Positions 1-11,000 of a DNA stretch of 64,000 nt are shown here, one piece after another. Under the pieces are notes generated by a model. It was not told where the DNA came from. It did not search any database and worked only from the letters and a program-made list of their open reading frames with translations. Both the position numbers and the translations under genes were made by a program. This stretch comes from Lingula anatina (taxonomy: Eukaryota > Animalia > Brachiopoda), in assembly GCA_051362555.1 (NCBI GenBank), contig CM120640.1, positions 19,096,001 to 19,160,000 of the forward strand, given 5' to 3'. Numbering within the stretch: the stretch's first letter is position 1; each line of letters opens with the position of its first letter.

Positions 1-3000
1 GTGGATGTAACAACTAACTGCTTAGCACCAGCAAAGTAGTCATCATAATTCTCATCATAATCATCATCGACATCAAGTGTTTCACCAGGTTGGACATAAG
101 TCATCATGTCAACAGATTTTTCTGTTTCTATTAGCTTTGGTTTTTTGGCAATGTTAGAGTTTTCAACTTCTATAACTGATTCTGATACAGTCTCTTCAAT
201 CAATTCAATCTTTGTCTTTCTAGTGGATAATTTTGATCTTGACAGTCTTAAGGGTTTGTTATTTTCGTTTTTCTGAGAAATACATTTCTTTGAAATTGTC
301 CTTCCTTCTTCTTGAACTGTGACTGGGATGTCATTTGAGTTTTCAAAATCTTCAAACCCCAACTGCCTGTACATGTTATCTTCATGACTGATATCTGCAG
401 GAGGAACTGGATTATCCTGACTAGATGAATTTGATTGAAATCCTTGAGCACTGTCATCAGTTATTAACTCTGGAAGATCCTCTTCAGCATCTATTCTTAT
501 CTTTGGTTTTCTAGATTTTCTTCCAAGACTCCTGAATCTATATTCACTGTCCATGTCACCACTTGTCTCATCAGGGAATACATATTTCTCATCATATGTC
601 CATTTACTACTACTTGTTGCAGTTGATGAGGGTTCATTTTGTCTACCACGCAGCCTGGATGTTTGTTTTAACTGTGACGAGTCAACCTGGACATTTGGAT
701 TAATGCTACGGAGCTTTTGAACCTTTTGAGGTTCTTCCACTTCAGTTTCATCCTCCACATCTTGCACATCTTTTTCCTCTTCAAGTCCAAAATTCAAATT
801 TTTTTCACCTCCACGCTTATACAGTCCCACTGTATTCTCCATATGTCTACCTACTTCAACAGGCTTGCCCCAAGACAACTGTTCAGTCAAGTTGTGCTGG
901 GATTCTCGCAACAGTACTCTATATTGATCAAACAACTGCACGATGACTTTTGTATAAGTAAAGGGATCTACACCTACTGGTGCAAAATAGGATGGCCCTT
1001 TATACAGAAGCTGAAAAAGAATCCAATATTTCAGTAACAGCATTTTAGCTTTTTTTTTCTTTTATCACCTTACTTTTACAAGCATTTAACAAATATAACT
1101 AAGCATTTAGAAAAACTTAGACACTTATTCAATATTCATTTAACTATTACCAGTAACTGAACTCTGAAAAATTATTATTCATAAAAACGTAACTTACCTT
1201 TCTTTTGAGACTTCTGAAATATGATGAAAAATAGTATTAATTTTCTGTTTCCCTTTTTTCACAATGTTTCAGTCTTACATACCTTTAAAGCAAATATATT
1301 TTGAACTTGACAATTTTAAAAGAGAATTCATAAAGAAATTATACTAAACATCTCTTACTTTTGATTTACTAATTTCACAGTCACAGGGGAAGGTGTTGGG
1401 GTTTCCTGACTTTCACTTGGACTGTATGTTCCACTAGATACCTATAAGAAAATAATAAAATGACACATTTAAGACATGCTGATGAATCAAAATTTTAAGA
1501 TATACATTGCACAACTTGTCTTAATTTTTTTCTTTCAAAACTTTGCATCATTTTGAAAGTAAAAAGTTTGATAATTATCTTATGCAGCCTACCTCAGATG
1601 AGTGAGGCCTAAAGCTAAAGGTCTCCTCTCCTCGACAAATCTTTGCAGCTTTCTGCTGATCAGAATCATCTGATTTCCTCTTTCTTGGCTGCGCCTTAGT
1701 ATCACCATCTTCCTTGGGACACACTTGACTATATAAGAAACATAAATATTTGTTATCACTTATTTTCATGAAAATATACTCTATCACATTATTACCATGT
1801 TAGTTATTGAATTAAATTTTGCACCTCTTCTGTAATCTTATTGCAGAAATTCCATCAATATATCAAACGGTTTCAGACATTTTTTTTCATTCTTCTATCT
1901 TTGTTTATCTACAGTCTCCTTGTTTTCATCAAGATCTAATATGGCCCCCAAACCTGTTATATTCCTGTGTCTCAGATGTATTTACATTCTCCACAGTTCC
2001 CCTTGGACTCGGGCTAGGTGGCAAGGTTTCTTCATCACTCTCTGGAACAGACTTTATCTCACCTCCAATCTAAGTAAAATATAAAGTTCACAGTCATAAC
2101 ATAAAAAATGTCTCTCTCACAGCATCTTTGTAAAGTTCCTATAGTACGACAAAAGTTTGTTGTATTTTCAGATACATTTTGATATCCACAAGTTTGCCTT
2201 TAGTTTCATATTATAAGTAGTTTTTTACTTTCCACATTGAAAAATTATCATGTGCATCAGTAGGCTACACAAAATAACCTAAAACATCAATATTCACAAG
2301 CTCCTTTGATCTTTTTTTTTTCTTTTTTGATAAATCCTTTTTAAAATTCCATTTCATTTTTAAGCAGGGTAAAAGAAGCCTGTCTTACTGTCATATAGTA
2401 TACCTGCTGGTCATCCTGTTGTGTTGAAAATAAATCAGGGGAGAGGTCCTCTAGGTCCATGGGCTGTGTGGCATCATCATCATCATCATCACCATCATCC
2501 TTTTCTAATTTCTCTTGTGAAGTTGGAGTATTACCCTGTGTTTGCTTTATAGCTGTGGAAGCACTTATATTCATTTCCTTTGCTATAATTTTCTTGGAAA
2601 GCCTTGAGACAGTCCTTGTTGGAACAATTTTTTCCATCACAATGTCTTCTTCCTCTACATCATCCTTTTGTTTAGACTCTGAGACCTGGATTTGTGAAAC
2701 TTGCATTATTTTTCTATTACTTCTCCTTGCTCCCAATGTTTGCTCTTGTTTTTGAGCAGACTCAGTAGACTTGCACTGCTTCGAATCTTTTTCACCACCT
2801 TCTTCAAGTGACTGAGACTCTTGCACACTAATGTTGGCATTTAGATGGCTTACTACTTTCATTTTTTGGTCTCTTACATGTTCTCTGTACTTTTCCTCTT
2901 TAGCTGCTTGCTGCTTGGACATACGCAATGCTTTCTACAAAAAAATTAAATAAATAAATATAAAAAACACAAATAAATTAATGTGTACATTGCAAGTGGA

Positions 3001-3981
3001 ATATTTTTTATGTACTTCCAACTAAACATAGGTGTCATAAAACAAAAATTTCTTAGATCTTTATGACTGTCTGATTACTAAATAATTTTGTCAACATTCT
3101 TTTTCTGAATTGAAAACAAAATTTGTTTTATCAAAATAAAGTTTCAATACTGCATACAATCATTTCTTCTTTTTCATCCTCTTCCAGGTTATCTGCATCA
3201 ATACCGCATGCTGAAAATAATTATGACAGAATATATTTATTCAGTTTGTCACTGTTCAAGATAACACTCATACTTTTTTAAAGATATACAGAAACAAGAT
3301 CAACCTGATATACTCCATCTCTAATCTTCTTCTGATATGTATACCAGTAATAACATTGAATATACCTCCAAGACATCCAAAAAAAATTTCAGTCGATGTG
3401 TCTTCAATTTTTATTAGTCTTATTTGCTACTGAATTATGATGTTACCTTGCAGTTCCTGGTCAACCAATTTTTTCCTATCAATTGCCTTGCCTCTTCTGG
3501 ACAATCTTCCACTGCGATCCAAGGGTGATTCCCTTATCATAACTATTTCCATCTAAAATTTCCACATATGCTTCAATGAATAAACAAGAGAATGCAAAAA
3601 AAGTGCTTCCATGCAAAATCTTCACACAACATATCATTATCTCATTTCAATAAAGTTGTCAAGGATTAACTGTACCTGCTAACACTACTTATTTGTGAGG
3701 ATCTGATTCATTTGAAATAAAAGAGTAACATGTAACTATCCCTTGTAAAAAAGCATTTTTAAAACATGTAGTGACCTTCAACAACCAACTTAAATGTCTT
3801 CTTTCATTATAGATATATATATATCAGGTCTCTTAGAGAAGTCAGTAAATTTCAGTATACAACAAAATGTATAGATTACATCATTTTCAGAATCTTCATC
3901 TTCCTCAGCACCATTGTCTTTTTCTTCTTGCATTCTTTTCTGCTTCAGTGACTGTCTACATTTGATATTACGGGGATCCAT
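1..3981 (-). CDS. UIMC1: BRCA1-A complex subunit RAP80-like (UIMC1), 5' portion; truncated by the window edge
   Basis: Phase-consistent GT-AG exons: 3880-3981, 3447-3552, 3158-3210, 2404-2934, 1954-2069, 1593-1728, 1359-1441, 1198-1213, <1-1010. The spliced protein has a UIM-like motif (EEDEKEEMIKALRMSKQQA; cf. human RAP80 EEQFALALKMSEQEA). It also has FAPVGVDPFTYTKVIVQLFDQYRVLLRESQHNL...WGKPV, which resembles the RAP80 Abraxas-interacting region ([26 protein letters not shown]...FGEPV, recalled from memory). The remainder is acidic low-complexity sequence. Confidence 0.8.
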
Positions 3982-4179
3982 GTTGTTATTCTGTCAATCT
4001 GTAATCGAGTCATATTATGCCACATATTGAGAATAAAGCTTGTGAAAAACTGTAAAGGACGAAGACTTCATAAACATTTATCGTGAATCTCCAGTCTGAG
4101 TGGGATTTACAAACAATAAGGTTTATGAGGTTTTCTTACTTTATGCACCAAATTTTACAAATCATGTAGCAATTTTATG

Positions 4180-4700
4180 GCAATCGATTTCTAACCAATC
4201 AAGGTGACAGCCGAGCGTTGGTTCTTTACGCAGTAGAGATCATTACACTAAACAAAGAAATTTTACATGATTACAGAAGTCATTTTGGAAATGACATTCC
4301 ATTTCCTGATACAGACTACTCCGGTGACCAGTCTTGAACAAACTCCTATTAGAAAAGTTTAGCTGAAATTCAGTTTTTCCTATTAAAATGTCGACTCTTT
4401 TATAATCGAAACTGGCTTCAAAAAGGTCGAGTTGAAACTTGCCAAGGCTTAATTTAAGTGAAACCACTCGATAATTCTGAGTGTAGCGGTTCACCTACCT
4501 ACCTAGAGGCGTGTAACAAATCAAAAAGATAAGTCGGTTGATGCATCGATTGCAATCACACTGATCACTAGGTCACATTTTTATAAAAATACACCAAATG
4601 CTTCCTTGCGGTGGCAGTGTTGCTGTCGTACCGGATGCCAGTTTGCACATTTTAAAATGGCGGGACTTAAAGAGCATCACGGGTAAAATTAATATTTTTA
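4180..4700. promoter_or_regulatory. Probable bidirectional promoter shared by the RAP80-like and TBC1D12/14 genes
   Basis: CpG-retaining segment between divergent start codons (3981 minus, 5004 plus). It contains CCAAT (~4195), two ATCGAT motifs and a YY1-type AAAATGGCGG at ~4654-4663. Outward-facing splice donors occur at ~4500 (minus) and ~4683 (plus). Confidence 0.6.
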
Positions 4701-5003
4701 GTCAAAAATGAAATGATTTACATTCCTTGATAAAATTTGCATTTAGCAGTATTAAATGTTGTGTGATTAACTTATTTTGATTTCTATATCCATTTATATT
4801 TTGATTTTACTAGTCACATGGTATACTTTCACAAATGCATCATGGGAAATTGATCTCATACATGCATAACTGATTCATAACAGCTGACCTTTGGGTGTCA
4901 AGCGGTAGTGACAATGATGTTGGGAAACATTCCATAAAAACTTCCTTGATTGAGTACACTTCGTAAGGAGAATGGTTTAATGACAACGGGGGTCATATAG
5001 GGA

Positions 5004-8000
5004 ATGCGTCTTTCCCCAACTGAAGTAGGGGATGGGAGTCAAAGGGAGCTTCAACGTTCCCAGTCAGACGGTATTTGGCCGCGAGATGGGAGACCGAGAT
5101 GTCGAGGTAATGACCTGTCACTGCGAGGAATGAATGTGACTTCGTCAAATTCTGCAGATGCCTGGGCGCTGCTTTCAACTGAAGACCAGGAAGAAACCGT
5201 TCAAACACTCTCACTGTTTTCTAATGATGACAACGTTGAGCTTTTAAAGGCCCAGAATAATAGGAAACCTTTTGTCAACAGGAGGCTAGGTGCAGGTGCT
5301 TTGGGTTCTGATAAACAGATAACCGCCGAAGGTAAACAAACGACAGAAATGCTACTCCAAACTATTAATCTGAACCAGGAACATTCCCATAGTTTGCCAA
5401 ATTTGTCTGACACAGACTGGCAAAGCAGTGGAGGGGACTGCGGACACGGGAAAGAAGACTGTGTCCATGGGAGTTGTGTCAATTTGATAGATTTACAAAA
5501 CAGACTGAACAAACTTGAATGTTCCAACACCAAGGAGTTTGGCAATGATTTACTAAAAACATCACATGATGGACAAAGTCCAAAGCTAGGTGAATGTATA
5601 TTAAAAATTAACCAAGGTAGTAGTAGATTGTCTGCTGTGTTAGAGACAATTCCACTTGTTTACATACCTCAAACCAGACAGCTCCTGACTGTAAATAATA
5701 ATAATGCCATAAAGTGCACACCAACTCCTGCGACCCACTGTGATCAAAATGGCAAGAAAGAAGAAAAGTTTGTAAGTAGTCATGTGGAGAATGAAAGCAA
5801 AATGGGTCTATCTGAACTTCAGTTAGAAGATTCATGTCTTCTCCAACAAACCAATGAGGTATTGTCTGATACCCTGTCGACTATTACCTGTGATTCGGAA
5901 GTGGTTGATCAAATGGAAACCAGCCCAGACTCTACATTGGACAGGGACACTGCTTACAATTCCCTTTTCAAAGCAGATGCAGCTTCATTCTCCAGTTTAT
6001 CTAGTCTCAGCACTGGCACAGGGACCGATTTCTCATCCATCTGTGAAGATGCACATGGCTTTCAAGGTGCCAGCATCGTTGATACTGATGAGGCTGGTTT
6101 TATGGACATAAACTTGCATGCTAGGAACTCGTATGAGAAAACCCGAAACACATCCCAAGATAGTGGAATTGATATAAGCAAAGGAGCCAAGCCAAAGAGA
6201 AGGGGCCTAGGATTGGGCAGTTTTTTCACCAGGTATACTTTGTTTACCTCCAAACTTTTTTCATTGTAATAAAGATGTTTTGCTATTATCATAAATTAAT
6301 GCAAAAATGTCTCAAATGTATTGCCTTTGCCATTGCATTTGAGTTGCATTGATTAAAACATAAAGTATGAGCCCAACTGCATCAGGAAGGAGTAAATTTT
6401 CTGATTTTATTTGCGGTTGATTTCTTGTGCTGTTATCAGTGACATTGTTAGATGCCTTTTAACCATCCCATCCCACCAAACCCCACACAACCTCCACCCT
6501 CCGTTAAAATAGATGTAAATTTGACAGATCCCCTTCTTGATAAAGGCATTGTATATTGTTAGAATAATTGCACCCTGTCCTATAATTTTGAAAGTATCTG
6601 CAGCTTGCTTGTGATATTTAAGTCAAGTCTATAGAACTACTGTAAAATCAATATCTTTGCAGTATATTGACCATAATAAGATTGTTTACAGTGGCATATG
6701 AAACAGTTTCATCCTTAAGATAATAAGTTAGAGCTATTTCTGAAGTTAATTGTTAACTAGAATTTATAAGTAAACCATAAATTTGGTTTAAACCTAGTAC
6801 ACAAAGATAAGTTTGTGTGAAAAAAATTGCCGAAAGCTCTTTCTTTCTGATGCATTGATTAATTATTAATGAAGTGTGTGAAGTTTGTACTCTCAGAGAA
6901 ACATTTTGAGTATTATAAAGGAAAAAATATATAAATGTTATACAAGTTGATGATACAATTGTCATAATAATTTGTGTAACTGACTTTGCCGTGTACTGTT
7001 GATGTGACCCTACACCTTTGTTGTATGAAGTTAAAAAGGGATTATTCAAAGGCACTGGTGCATTAAATGGATTTTCCAAATACTTGGAGGACAGTTTTCT
7101 TTGCCCATCTGTCCAAGTGTATGTTGAATGTTATTAGATGGAGGTGTACACCCCGTATTCCTAATTTCCACATCAGTCAAATTAGAGAGTATAGGTGTAG
7201 TCTTTGTGCAGAAATATTGTGCAAGATCTTTTCAGTCCAGTTAGATAAGCCAGTCTTGCAAGGAAAATGAGAGCTCCAAAGCCTGTAAGATTAAGTTACA
7301 AATTTAATGACATCTTTGCCTTAGGACATTAGCTTCTCTGTTGATGATACTTTTAATGTAGGACAAGTTGCATAATATCCTAGACTAGGTGGTTCTGAAG
7401 GAGATGTTATGTAGCATATTATCTCAGTCATACTCTTTTAAAGCTTCTGTAATGATTGGTGCACAGACCTCTTCAAATGTATGGCTTGACTTGAGAGTAG
7501 ATAGAAATCTATAGACAGTTCTTCAAGCAGGTTTTTGTCTATGTATTCACATTTGCCTTCATTTTTCTGGCCTTTTTACAGTTTGCCCCCTCCCCCTCTT
7601 TCAGGGAAAGCATAATTCTGATTTTATCCAGATATCCCACCCTGAGTTTCAAAATTTTCATTGGAGATCACTGGAAATTTAATCCCATTATCAATGACCT
7701 CTGAAACCCAGGGTGTTACTTTCCCCTCTTCAGATAAACATGCGTGCTGTGTGGTGCATTTAGACAAGGTTCCTTCCCTTTCCATTAAAACCAGGAAGAG
7801 AGTTTTTATTAAAAGGGAAAGTAAAGAATGATAAATTTTGTTTACTCAAATCACAAAACAAGCTCCCCGAGAGTTGTCTACTGGGTCAACATGTTTCAGT
7901 TTACCATTATTAAGAAGTAGCTTTTTGTTCAGTGAGAAATGAATGTGAAAATTCCCTTTGGAGTAGTCATCAACAAGCTTGAAGGAAATTCATTGCACTT

Positions 8001-11000
8001 TGCTCTTTGGGTTTTTTCCTAGATCAGATATGCTGGTTTCAGCATTGAAGGATGACTCAAAATTGTATACAGCATTTCACACCAGGTGAACCCGCTTTTT
8101 TGCCATTGTCTACATAGCTAGCACGCTATCGCTAGATCTGATCAAAAACACAAACAACAAATACTTTCTAAGGACTTTGAAGTGTGTGGTATTGTTAAGT
8201 AATAAAAAAGCTCGTGTGCATCATTGAAAACACAGGTAAAATGTCAAAATTGGAATTGTATGTTTGCTAAATAAAAATACCCTTGACGTGGAAAAAATGA
8301 AGACTTGGACCATGAACACTCTCCTTTCCATGTAGATCACATGGTCTTGTCATGCTTGGTCTTTATTTTCATAATGTGACACAGTATTTACATAGTAAAT
8401 TGCTGCAGTACAAAGTATAAAATATATAGAACATCATGTCTGCTTGGCCTGCATGCTGATTGATGATACACCCTGATGAAATAATGTAGGGACACGTGAT
8501 GGGATTTCTGTAGGGCATGTACACATATTTATGCCAAAACATCAATCTTATTTTCGCAAGCCTGCAGTCCCCAAGATGGACATTACTTCATAAAAGGATA
8601 CTTTTTTCATTTGCTTGAATGTCAGATATTTATTTTTGTACATGTCATTAGGGCACAGATAAATAATAAGACAGACATGCTGAAACTGTCGGTCCGATCG
8701 GTCATGACCGGCAAAATTTGTCTGGACCGGTAAAATATTGTACTTTGTCGGTCCAAAGGACCGACAAGAGTTTTAAGAGCCGCCATTTTGAATTAACAGT
8801 TAGCGTTCGATGTGCTTCAGAAATAAAATTATATAAAATCCACATCATTTTTTCTTCCATTTACTAATCTAGTGACACGTAAAAGTGACCACATTTCGGT
8901 CACATTCACTTACAAAGTACGCTAGCCAATCGTATTATCCCTCTCTCAAACGAATGGGTTCTTCCCCATGGGGAATCCCCCTGCTCTCGATAATTACGCG
9001 CCCCGGTCATTGGTATGTTGGCCGCGACACACAGACAGCTATCAAGAGGGCGGTCCACGCTGCCAAGCACGTAAACATGCAGGAAAAAATGTTTACTGCT
9101 TAACTTGGACGCCTGACTCCTTTCTCAAGAACAATTATTCATATAGGAACCAAGGATAATGACGCCTGACCTTCGAAGGTACGTATACATCGTTATTCGT
9201 TCTTTTAGGTAGAAAAAAGCGTCAATTGATAGTAGGCCTAGCCTACATGGAAATGAGGTCACCCGATTCACTCAGTAAAAACGATTTCAGAATTATAGGA
9301 CTGAATATTATGCGTAATCAATGGTGATTGTAACGATATTTAACTAATGGGTACTTTCGTTTGCATTCAGCTAATACGCGGCAGTGCCTTCCGCATTGCG
9401 ACGTTTTACGTAAAAAAAGTTTGACAGTTCGGTCGCTTCCTCGAACCTACCGAAAAAACTCGATCCGTGGTGTATGAACATAATGGTTCACAGATTTTAA
9501 ATATCCCGTAAGCATAAACGCGATACCTGTTACCAGTACCAGTTACAGTTTTCATATTATCAGTATGTACATTTTTATTATTTTAGATTATGATATCGTC
9601 GAGTCCTGACCAGGAAGCCGTTCGTTTCCATGCAGATGAGACAGATACAGTGAAGTGGCTAGCATGTTTCATGCATTGGCACTCCCATTCGGACTACAAT
9701 CTTTACTGTTTGTGTAGCATCAAAATTTGCAAATTATTTTCAAGGAAAGGAGAAATTGACCAAGAGCAAATTTTGCTACTGTTGAACAGTGGAAATGAGT
9801 TTTTTTCATTTAATTTTTTATCAAATTCATTTCAATTTGAAACAATATTAATTTTTTTGAGAAATTGATCATGATAAAATTTATAATTAACCTAAATTTA
9901 TGACAGGGATGTGAAATATATGATGAATTTCTTTAAGCCGTACGTGCACTATTGAATGAAAGGACAAAGGACTAAGTGTGAAATTCAAGGACTTTCAAAG
10001 GAAGAAACAAAATCAAGCTCTTCTAAAGGCCTGTATGAACCCTGGAACTTGTGAAATGAGTACAACAATAAAGCAGTGCTTCACAAGTGTGTGTTTTTGT
10101 TTTTTTTTAATTTACAACATGTCCAAATTATTTAATAGTATTACTGAATATGTATTTACAAGAGTTACTTCTGTGTACTACTATGCAAACAAAACGTTTC
10201 CATTATTGAATGGACATTTTCGGTCCGGCAAAAGTCCATTCGGTCCGGCAAAGTTTTCATCACTGCCGGTCCGAATGTCCGGCAGTTCTGAAAAGTTTTC
10301 AGCATGTCTGTAAGAGTGTTCAAGGTTGGGATGGCAGAGTCAAATATATCTTTATCATTTTTAGTGTCAGTCTTTGAAACGTTTGTGGTTTATGAAACAA
10401 TGATTTGCAGGTTTGCTGGAGCCTAACATTTAGGGTTCATTTTGAGAGGCACTCCGTATATGGTGTTTGGAGAAATTCTAAATCTTACTGAAGGATTGGG
10501 ATATGTAAATACAAAAGCAACCAGAGGAATCTTCTCCACAAGGAATTTACAATTGAAATTAAATAGAACAATTAGATTATAGCATGTACACATATTATTG
10601 ATAAATTGTCAGACCCAATTAATGACAAACAGGTATTGGAAAGCACTGCATTTTATGCACATGCATGATGAGGTTTTCGTTATGTGTATAGATTTTGATA
10701 CAAATACTGCAACTTGGCTCTTGCAACAGTGCTGATACGTAGCAGATACAATCTCCATCATGATCAAGGTTACCTTTAGGATTATTAGTGTGGAGTCTAG
10801 GTTGGAATATTGTTGTCTGTTGAGATATGCATCAGAATAGTTTATGTAGTGTTCCTTTCAAATAAATGCATTCTTAGCTGTAACCAGATCCAAAGTCCAT
10901 CTTTTGTTTTAATAAATTGCCTTTCCACTGCATTCCCAGCATATTTATTATGTAGAAGACAGGACTGGTCAAGGTTGTTGATGCTTCCCTTTTAGCCAGC

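Noticed and set aside
248-2755. ORFs 248-457, 717-1037, 1819-2073 and 2459-2755
   Set aside because: Antisense or off-frame shadows of the RAP80-like exons.
6332-6352. TGCATTTGAGTTGCATTG, resembling miR-33
   Set aside because: The seed region differs from miR-33, there is no convincing hairpin, and it is not in an SREBP intron.
8885-10313. Short ORFs inside the 1.6-kb transposon as a possible transposase
   Set aside because: No DDE, BED-finger or hAT dimerisation motifs. The ORFs are short and not colinear.
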